A DNA stretch of 64,000 nucleotides from positions 160,001 to 224,000 of the forward strand of contig CAXXVD010000004.1 in assembly GCA_963662335.2 (NCBI GenBank), in the 5' to 3' direction. Below the pieces are notes generated by a model. That model searched no databases, was not told the origin of the DNA, and saw nothing but the letters and a program-made list of their open reading frames with translations. Positions 1-7,425 of the stretch are shown piece after piece. Position numbers and translations under genes: made by a program. Position 1 is the stretch's first letter. Each line of letters begins with the position of its first letter. The stretch is from Chloroflexota bacterium (GTDB taxonomy: Bacteria > Chloroflexota > UBA11872 > VXOZ01).

Positions 1-152
1 AGGGCCAGTGCTGGCGCGTCCCTGACGTGGACGGTAAACAATCCAGCCCCGGAACTCTGGGACACGGCGACCGGTCGGTCCCGTCTGCCCGCTGGTGCGA
101 ATTCGCCGAGGAATACGCCTTCATCCTGGCGAGCCTGGGCATGGCGGAATGA
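1..152 (+). CDS. 3' end of a hypothetical protein (partial, runs off window)
   Basis: Frame 3 open from the window edge, ...WCEFAEEYAFILASLGMAE, to TGA at 150-152. Confidence 0.45.
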   Translation, partial: GQCWRVPDVDGKQSSPGTLGHGDRSVPSARWCEFAEEYAFILASLGMAE

Positions 153-215
153 GCGCGCCACTGCGGTGATGGCTTTGCGGCCGGGCTGCGAGGCCCGGTC
201 TGGCCGGAGGGCAAC

Positions 216-1226
216 GTGCCGAAATACAAGGTGGTAGCGCAGGGGCGTCCCGACGGGACCGGCGACTTCACGTACGAGTTGGAGGAATTGCGGGGCCTTG
301 ACGTTGAGCTTGTGGAAGTCCCCGCCGGTTCCGATGCCGCGTTTCTGGAGGGAGCGCGGGACGCTGACGCCATCCTGGGACGGGGCATGAGACTCTCCGG
401 CGCGGTGATAGACGGCCTCACCCGCTGCAAGCTCATCGCCCTGGACAGCGTCGGCTTCGATCTGGTCGACGTCGCGGCGGCCACGGCCAAGGGCATTCCC
501 GTAACCAACTGCCCGGACATCAATATCCAGGAAGTCGCGGAGCACACGGTCACGCTCATTCTTGCCGCCCACCGCCGCCTGCTGCAGGTGAACGCTATCG
601 TCCGGCAAGGCCACTGGTGGGGCGGACACCCGCTGCTGCGCAAGCTGCCCCGGCTCTACGGACAAACTCTGGGCCTCATCTCATTCGGCAACATCCCCCG
701 GGCCGTTGCGCCGTTGGTGCAGCCGTTTGGCCTGCGCCTCCTTGCGCACGATCCGTTCGTCAAAGAGACCACGATGATTCGCTACGGCGTGGAGCCGGTC
801 GGATTGGATGAGTTGCTGCAACGGTCGGACATCGTCTCGAACCATCTGCCGGCGACGAACGGCACGGCTAAGTTGATTGGGGAAAGGCAATTCAAACTGA
901 TGAAGCCCCAGGCAATCTTCGTGAACTGCGGCCGGGGCGCGACCGTGGACGAGGCCGCCATGATTCGCGCGCTGCAAAAGGGGTGGATTGCCCACGCCGC
1001 GCTGGACGTGCTGGCACAGGAACCGCCGGAGCCCGACAATCCGCTGCTCGGCATGGAGAACGTCACCCTGACCGGCCACGTGGCTTCCGCATCCTCACGG
1101 GTTGTGGGAGTGAGCCGGCGCCGCGTGGGCCTGGAGGTCGCGCTGGTTTTGCAAGGCCGCCGGCCGCTCTCGTGCGTCAACCCGTCGGTGCTGGCCGGCT
1201 CCGGCCTGCTGGAGTGGCAGACCTAG
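216..1226 (+). CDS. D-isomer-specific 2-hydroxyacid dehydrogenase (CtBP/SerA-like)
   Basis: GIPVTNCP, VAEH, LGLISFGNI Rossmann-like motif, VNCGRG, AALDV..EPP, GHVA; GGAGG RBS before GTG. Confidence 0.9.
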   Translation: MPKYKVVAQGRPDGTGDFTYELEELRGLDVELVEVPAGSDAAFLEGARDADAILGRGMRLSGAVIDGLTRCKLIALDSVGFDLVDVAAATAKGIPVTNCPDINIQEVAEHTVTLILAAHRRLLQVNAIVRQGHWWGGHPLLRKLPRLYGQTLGLISFGNIPRAVAPLVQPFGLRLLAHDPFVKETTMIRYGVEPVGLDELLQRSDIVSNHLPATNGTAKLIGERQFKLMKPQAIFVNCGRGATVDEAAMIRALQKGWIAHAALDVLAQEPPEPDNPLLGMENVTLTGHVASASSRVVGVSRRRVGLEVALVLQGRRPLSCVNPSVLAGSGLLEWQT

Positions 1227-1329
1227 CCGCCGGCCGGCCGCACGCGGGCAGGGGTAAAGTGCGCGCCTCAATCTCGACCTCGCCAACGCGCCGGAGCGGC
1301 CCGGCATAGCCCCCTCAAGGAGAAACGAC

Positions 1330-2970
1330 ATGAACGTGTTACAGGCGGTTGCCAGAATCCTGAAGACGGAAGGCGTAGAGTGGGTCTCGTGCTTCCCCTC
1401 CAACGAACTGATCGAGGCGGTGGCCGAGCAAGGCATCCGCACCATCATGTTCCGGCAGGAGCGCGGCGCGCTGATGGCCGCCGACGGCTTCAGCCGGGTT
1501 AACGACCGCAGGAAGTTCGGGGTAGTCATTACCCAGGGCGGCCCCGGCGGGGAAAATTCGATGGGCGGCCTGGCGCAGGCGTTTGCCGACAACGTTCCCA
1601 TTCTCTACTTTACCGCGGGACCACCGTTGAACCGGTACGCGGTGCGCCCGGATTTCTCGCCGGTCCGCACCTATCAAAGCGTCTGCAAACGTGGCGAAGT
1701 CATTATGCATCCCAGCCAGGTAATCAGCGCGATGCGGCGGGCGTTTCATGCCCTCCGCAACGGCCCTCCCGGTCCGGTGATAGTCGAAATCCCCTCTGAC
1801 ATGGACGAACAGGAAGTCCCGGAGGCGGCGGCAGACTATCAACCGCCCCATAGCTCTCCGCAACAACCGTCACACGGCGCGGTCAAAGATGCGGTCAGGC
1901 TACTCTTAGACGCCAAGAAACCGGTCATCTGGTCCGGCATGGGAGTGCTGTTTGCGGGCGCCACCGGGGAATTGCGGGAGTTCGCCGAGCTTACCCAGAT
2001 TCCGGTGTATTGCACTATGCCCGGCAAGTCTTCATTTGATGAGCGCCATCCTCTGGCGCTCGGCGCCGGCAGCCTCGCCACCACCTTGCCCGCCTGGCGC
2101 TGGCTGCAAGACTCCGACGTCCTCTTTGCCGTTGGCTCAAGCATGACCAGAACAACGTACGGCCAGGCCATCCCCGACGGCAAGACCATCATCCATAACG
2201 TGGACCGCATTGAAGACATCAATAAGGACTATTCCGTTGCCGTGGGGCTGCCGGGGGATGCCAAACTCACCCTGCGGATGATGATCGAGGAGGTAAAGGG
2301 GCAAATCGGCGAGTCCGGGCGAAAGGGCAGTTGTCAGGTTGCCACGGAAATCAGCGCGCTGAGAGAGCAATGGCTCGCCGAGTGGCGGCCGCTATTGGAA
2401 TCCGACGAGGCGCCCATCAACACCTACCGGGTAATCGGCGAACTCGACAGAGTTCTCGATAAGGAAAACAGCATCGTTACCCATGACGCCGGCGCGCCCC
2501 GGGACTCGATCATGCCCTTCTACACCGCCACAGTCCCCCACAGCTACATTGGCTGGGGCAAGACCACGCACCTTGGCTTCGGCATCCCGTTGATGATTGG
2601 CGCCAAACTGGCGAAGCCCGATAAGTTCTGCCTCAACTTCATGGGAGACGGCGCCTTCGGCATGTCGGGCCTCGACATCGAGACCTCCGTGCGCGCCAAT
2701 GCCCCGATTACAACCGTCGTCCTCAACAACGGCGACATGGCCACCTATCCGGGCGGCTATCCGGTTTCGCGGCAACGGTTCGACCTCACCGCCATGGGCG
2801 GCGACTACGCCAAGATCGCCGAGGGCCTGGGCGCGGTGGGCATCACCGTGAAAGACCCCGCTGAAATAGCGCCCGCGCTCAGGAAGGCGCAGCAACTAAA
2901 CGCGGACGGCAAGACCGTGCTGTTGGATGTGCATAGCGACATGGAAGGCCGCCGGTCGAAATTCGACTAG
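1330..2970 (+). CDS. Thiamine-pyrophosphate-dependent enzyme (acetolactate synthase large subunit-like family)
   Basis: RQERGALMAADG, GPG, GPVIVEIP, TPP motif GDGAFGM...VVLNN; AAGGAG RBS. Confidence 0.9.
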   Translation: MNVLQAVARILKTEGVEWVSCFPSNELIEAVAEQGIRTIMFRQERGALMAADGFSRVNDRRKFGVVITQGGPGGENSMGGLAQAFADNVPILYFTAGPPLNRYAVRPDFSPVRTYQSVCKRGEVIMHPSQVISAMRRAFHALRNGPPGPVIVEIPSDMDEQEVPEAAADYQPPHSSPQQPSHGAVKDAVRLLLDAKKPVIWSGMGVLFAGATGELREFAELTQIPVYCTMPGKSSFDERHPLALGAGSLATTLPAWRWLQDSDVLFAVGSSMTRTTYGQAIPDGKTIIHNVDRIEDINKDYSVAVGLPGDAKLTLRMMIEEVKGQIGESGRKGSCQVATEISALREQWLAEWRPLLESDEAPINTYRVIGELDRVLDKENSIVTHDAGAPRDSIMPFYTATVPHSYIGWGKTTHLGFGIPLMIGAKLAKPDKFCLNFMGDGAFGMSGLDIETSVRANAPITTVVLNNGDMATYPGGYPVSRQRFDLTAMGGDYAKIAEGLGAVGITVKDPAEIAPALRKAQQLNADGKTVLLDVHSDMEGRRSKFD

Positions 2971-3105
2971 CCAGACCAGACTGATAGCGTTTTACGTCAT
3001 GCCGTCGAGTGTAAGGCGGAAGTTGCGGCGCAATGCAGTATTGGTGGACGACCGACATCTTAGATAGGGTAACGCGGCGACACGGCGCCGCAGGAGACGT
3101 GGGCC

Positions 3106-3612
3106 ATGCGAGCGAGGCTTCGACTGCCACATGAAGGCGAAGAGATCGACCGTCTCATACGCCAAATAAAGGATGCCGCGCAAGAGATGCGAACGACCGT
3201 AGTCGCCGGGGTCGAGGTGACCTACAATATCTGCGACCCATGGCCCGATGGCATGGATCCGGCTATGTATGATCACGACGGCAATATATTCCTCCCGGCA
3301 GAACAGGTGCGGGCAAATCTACTAGCCGCCGACTTGGCCGCGCTCCACGAACACACCGAAATCCGCCACAAGCGCGCCGGCAGAGCACATGGCTACGCGC
3401 ACCAGCGGGGACTGCTCCAAGAGTTCCTGGCAGCCAAGGAGATAGTGGACGAGGACGGACTGAGAGCGTACGTCCACTTTAGGGTGTTCGAATACCCAGA
3501 CTGGAAGCTCCCAGACAAGAGCGCAGTTGAGGAAAGCCTATGCAGACTTCTCCTAGCCGAGCGGCCCCTGAGAGGCAAGCTCTTGGAGGTCTTCAAGAGA
3601 GCGGGTATGTAG
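3106..3612 (+). CDS. Hypothetical protein with HExxE...AH...E putative metal-binding motif
   Basis: 168-aa ORF, AGGAG RBS, ALHEHTE...GYAHQRGLLQE. Confidence 0.65.
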   Translation: MRARLRLPHEGEEIDRLIRQIKDAAQEMRTTVVAGVEVTYNICDPWPDGMDPAMYDHDGNIFLPAEQVRANLLAADLAALHEHTEIRHKRAGRAHGYAHQRGLLQEFLAAKEIVDEDGLRAYVHFRVFEYPDWKLPDKSAVEESLCRLLLAERPLRGKLLEVFKRAGM

Positions 3613-3747
3613 GAGAACTCCAGAGTCCGAGTTAACGCGCTGAGAGCCGGTGACTCCGGGCAAAGTCGGCTCTGCGCAACTCTTGTCCAGTGATGGTGCC
3701 GGACTATACGTGCTTGTCAGCACGATAGGTAGCTTCAAGGAGGAACT

Positions 3748-4389
3748 ATGCGTTTCGATGCCAATGTCCACCTCAACGCGGTAGAGCGAACCGTGTCATA
3801 CCTTGAGAGGGACGGCAATCCCGCCAGCGACGTCACCCTCTCCCGCAGTTACGCGACCGCGGTTGAAAACTTGTGGGATGCCGTGACGAACGCCGAGCGC
3901 ATTCCGCGCTTCTTCACGGGGATTAGCGGCAACCTGGAGCTTGGCGGGCGCTTTCAGTTGGAAGGCAACGCGAGCGGGTCGATCATCGAGTGCGAGCCGC
4001 TGTCACACTATGCCGTCACCTGGGAGTTCGCCGGAGACGTGAGTTGGGTTGCGGTGCGCCTGGCGGGCGCCGGCGCCGGCGGCGCGCGGCTCACGCTCAC
4101 GCATACCGCGCGCCTCTCGCCGTTCTGGGACCAGTATGGCCCAGGCGCGGCCGGCGTGGGCTGGGAGATGGGATTTCTGGGACTCGCCTTCCACCTGGCG
4201 CAACCGGACGCGCCCAGGCCGGACGAAACCGCGTTCGCCACGTCCCCTGACGGCAGAGCGTTCATCATCGGCAGCAGCGAGGGCTGGGCGCAAGCGGCCA
4301 TAGAATCGGGTACGGATGCCGATTCCGCCCACGCGGCGGCGCGGCAAACGAGCGCCTTCTACACTGGAGAATCAGCGGAGTCCACGTGA
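3748..4389 (+). CDS. SRPBCC/AHSA1-like (START superfamily) protein
   Basis: LWDAVTNAERIPRFF, GDL-like/ELGGRFQLEGNASG, GPGAAGVGWE; AAGGAGG RBS. Confidence 0.85.
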   Translation: MRFDANVHLNAVERTVSYLERDGNPASDVTLSRSYATAVENLWDAVTNAERIPRFFTGISGNLELGGRFQLEGNASGSIIECEPLSHYAVTWEFAGDVSWVAVRLAGAGAGGARLTLTHTARLSPFWDQYGPGAAGVGWEMGFLGLAFHLAQPDAPRPDETAFATSPDGRAFIIGSSEGWAQAAIESGTDADSAHAAARQTSAFYTGESAEST

Positions 4390-4434
4390 GGCGCGGACGC
4401 TGCCGCCCGCCGGCTGCGTTAGGCCGTGCGACAA

Positions 4435-4591
4435 TACCATGAGAATAGCGCGACTAAATCCGTCATTCCCGCGCACGCGGGAATCCATCTTCGCCGCCGC
4501 CACAGTGGATTCCCGCGTGCGCGGGAATGACGGTCAGACGGCCAGCCTCCCACTTTCATTTCCTTGGGTGGCCATCGCTAGGCTATGGTGA
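4435..4591. repeat. ~156-bp MITE-like element with palindromic ATTCCC-N8-GGGAAT doublet core (family A, copy 1)
   Basis: CGTCATTCCCGCGCACGCGGGAATCC...GGATTCCCGCGTGCGCGGGAATGACG at 4461-4532; flanks shared with 41173-41328. Confidence 0.8.
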
Positions 4592-4613
4592 TCCCCGGAA
4601 TTCGCGGGAAACG

Positions 4614-5060
4614 CTACGCGCTCCGCCGGCGCAGGGCGACGAAGGTGACGGCGGTAGACGTAATCAGGCTCAGCAGCCCGCCAATCAGAATGTCAATCGG
4701 CACCAGCGCCGTGGGCCACGTGGCAAACGTCACGTAGAGGGGGGCGATGTAGGTAGCGTACGCCGCGCAGCCCAGCACGAAGCTACTTAGGGCCGCCCGG
4801 CGCAGGCTTCCCTCTCGCAGCGCCGGTTCGATCGCCAGATAGCTGTTGGCCAGCGCAATGAGCAGGAAGAACGCCAGCAGGGAGAGTAGCTCGGTCCCGC
4901 CCCACGTGTCCATCTGCTTGCCGAACGTGTCCAGGATGGCCTTGCTGCCGCTCTCCTCGTGGAGGTTCGCGTACATGCCGGTCGCAATGGGCGAGATATT
5001 CCACACTATATCGACTACGGCATAGACGACGAACGCGGCGACGAATCTAATGTACGGCAT
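4614..5060 (-). CDS. Small multi-pass membrane protein (DUF2177-like)
   Basis: About four hydrophobic segments; YAVVDIVW, GCAAYATY, VPIDILIGG pattern; AAGGAG RBS. Confidence 0.65.
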   Translation of the reverse strand: MPYIRFVAAFVVYAVVDIVWNISPIATGMYANLHEESGSKAILDTFGKQMDTWGGTELLSLLAFFLLIALANSYLAIEPALREGSLRRAALSSFVLGCAAYATYIAPLYVTFATWPTALVPIDILIGGLLSLITSTAVTFVALRRRSA

Positions 5061-5218
5061 TCTCTCTTTCTCCTTGGTGTGATTGAGCTTTCCACTCCCC
5101 GCCCCTTTATACCATCAATCATGCAAACCCAACAAGCGGAAGAAGGGGTAGAATAGAGATGCGTCTAACCAGCGCTTCGATTGGCGCTGAAATCGATGAT
5201 TGCGGGAGGCGGCAAGCA

Positions 5219-5599
5219 ATGGGCGCTACGCACGTAACGGTCAGGATTACGAACCCCGCGGATCCGGAGAGATTCTGGGAGGGTTTGTTCTTAGTAGATA
5301 CCGGGGCCACCGATTCACTGGTGCCCAGAGAGCACCTGGAAGCAATTGGTCTCGAGCCGAAGGGGCGGAGAATTCGCAGGCTGACGGACGGCCGTGAACT
5401 CATACTGGACGCAACCATCGCTGAAATCGAGTTCATGGGTGAAATCGTCGGCGGCACGATAGTCTTTGGCGAACCTGACGCGGAACCGCTGCTCGGCCTA
5501 ACGGCGCTGGCATCGGTCGGTATAGAGGTTGACCCCGTAAGCCAGCGTTTGAAGCGGCTACCGGCCGTGCGCCTGAAAGGACTGGCGGGGCGGCACTGA
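5219..5599 (+). CDS. Clan AA (retropepsin-like) aspartic protease
   Basis: FLVDTGATDSLVP and LLGLTAL motifs; start placed at MGATHV after GGAGG. Confidence 0.85.
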   Translation: MGATHVTVRITNPADPERFWEGLFLVDTGATDSLVPREHLEAIGLEPKGRRIRRLTDGRELILDATIAEIEFMGEIVGGTIVFGEPDAEPLLGLTALASVGIEVDPVSQRLKRLPAVRLKGLAGRH

Positions 5600-5710
5600 G
5601 TGGGCAGTTTGCGAGCGCGCCGCCGCTTGAAGCCAGCCAGCGACGGGACGCGACTCAGCCACGGCAGGTTACACGCAGTTTCTGCCTGAGGAGTCGAGAG
5701 GAGCCAGACC

Positions 5711-6814
5711 ATGAGAATTCGTTCGAATGACCCGGATTGGGAAGGGCCGCGCGCCGATCTTGTCGCGGCAGCAAGCGCCCCCAAAGGCCACTACCGCGCC
5801 GCCGTGGTCGGCTGCGGCCGCATGGGCAGCACCATCGACGACGAGCACGTGGGCAAGCCCCATTACCCGTGGCCGTGGGCGCACGCGCCGGCGATCATGG
5901 AAGCGCGCAACGTGGAACTCGTCGCCGGCGTAGACTTCGACACCCGGCGGCTGGCCTACTTTCGCGAACGCTGGGGCGTAAAGGCGCTCTACACCGACCT
6001 GCGCGAGATGGTGGCTAAAGAAAAGCCCGACATCGTGTGCGTCACCACGGGCCCGGTAGATCGCGCGGAGGCGGTCACGGCTTTGGCGGAGGCCGGCGTC
6101 AAGGCCATCTACGCCACCAAACCCATGTGCCGCACCCTCGCCGAGGCCGACGCCATGATCGACACGTGCCGCCGCACGGGCACAATCCTCGCCATTGCCG
6201 CCCACCTCAACTGGTACGCGCCCTATACCAACGCCAAAGCCCTCATCGACAGCGGCGAACTTGGACCCCTGCGCTCGATGGTCTGCCAGAGTCCCATGCC
6301 GCTCTCCAACATCTATAGCCATGTGCTGTGCCTCTTTGCGTTGTTCGTCGGCTCGCCCGCGCGCTGGGTGCAGGGTCACATGGACGACCCGGAGTTGGCG
6401 CAAACCGATGAAGACCAAAGAGGCTCCGGCATGATCGGCTACGAGAACGGCGTGTTGGGGTTCCTCAACTCCCACGCGCCCTGGCGGAGCTGGACCATGG
6501 AGTTCAACTGCGAGCGCGGCCGGGTCTACACCCGCAACCACCATGCCTGGTTTGAATTGTGGGGCCTTGGCGAAGAGGAATTGGATGGCGAACATCAACG
6601 GCAATTCCCCTTTCCGTGGCGCCCCCGCAGTTCCATGACCGACGCCATTGAGGGTGTTGCTCAATCCATTGAGGCCGGTGTCGAAGAGTCGTGCCCCGGT
6701 GAATTTGGACGCGAGGCCCTGGAGATTGGCATCGCCATCCGCGAGTCCTACCGCAGCGGCCGCCGCCTGGAGTTGCCGTTGACAGACCGCAGCCTCCGCC
6801 TCGGCGGCGAGTAG
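5711..6814 (+). CDS. Gfo/Idh/MocA family oxidoreductase
   Basis: AAVVGCGRMG, PDIVCVTT, TKPM (EKP variant), EADAMI. Confidence 0.88.
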   Translation: MRIRSNDPDWEGPRADLVAAASAPKGHYRAAVVGCGRMGSTIDDEHVGKPHYPWPWAHAPAIMEARNVELVAGVDFDTRRLAYFRERWGVKALYTDLREMVAKEKPDIVCVTTGPVDRAEAVTALAEAGVKAIYATKPMCRTLAEADAMIDTCRRTGTILAIAAHLNWYAPYTNAKALIDSGELGPLRSMVCQSPMPLSNIYSHVLCLFALFVGSPARWVQGHMDDPELAQTDEDQRGSGMIGYENGVLGFLNSHAPWRSWTMEFNCERGRVYTRNHHAWFELWGLGEEELDGEHQRQFPFPWRPRSSMTDAIEGVAQSIEAGVEESCPGEFGREALEIGIAIRESYRSGRRLELPLTDRSLRLGGE

Positions 6815-6930
6815 CCTAGGTACGCTGCCAGTCGCAACTGGCTGCCAGTCGCAACTGGTAGAACTGGGATCGGGATGACCGGCCATAGGCAAGACACGTG
6901 CCCGTCTCCAAGTCTGAGCCAACTCCCATA

Positions 6931-7042
6931 TGTCATTCTGAGGAGCGCAGCGACGAAGAATCTAGAGCGGGAGTCACGTAGATTCCTCGCTGCGCTCGGA
7001 ATGACAACTGCGCCCGGAATGACAACTGCGCCCGGAATGACA
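6931..7042. repeat. REP-like inverted repeat (family B) followed by 18-bp tandem repeats
   Basis: TGTCATTCTGAGGAGCGCAGCGACGAAGAATCT...AGATTCCTCGCTGCGCTCGGAATGACA, then ACTGCGCCCGGAATGACA x2; related copies at 53506 and 54860. Confidence 0.8.
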
Positions 7043-7138
7043 AGAACCGCTGCCTGCAAAGACTTCAAGCCGAAATCTATCTATTGCCTGCACGGCTTCG
7101 ATGCCAGAATCGTCGCACTATGCTACGATAGTATGCAA

Positions 7139-7324
7139 GTGTAATTCAGTTGAGCGGGTGCACATTCCGGCTACGCTGGGCTGCCCAAGGCGCAACGGTA
7201 TTGAGACGTATGCGGTTTCGCGGCGATTGCGCAGGCCAATTCTGTCCGTTCAACGAACCTACGCTCGCTCCCTGGAATCCCTCGTACCAAGAGTGAAGTC
7301 TTGGCAGCGGACGCTGAATTGCAC
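7139..7324 (+). ncRNA. Candidate ~186-nt structured RNA (6S-sized; family unassigned)
   Basis: 12-bp closing helix 7139-7150/7313-7324 with G-U pairs only on the + strand, nested helices, upstream TGcTACGAT extended -10. Confidence 0.35.
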
Positions 7325-7425
7325 GTCGTTAGACCCTCTAGTCTGCTCGCAATGTGAATCATCTCTCCAAATGATTGGCGTGAACCACGTGGGGCGCAAG
7401 CAGCAGCGCGGCTAAGGAGCTACCA

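Noticed and set aside
3640-3682. Hairpin AGAGCCG...CGGCTCT containing GGGCAAA as a c-di-GMP riboswitch
   Set aside because: The second stem and GNRA/receptor elements are not evident.
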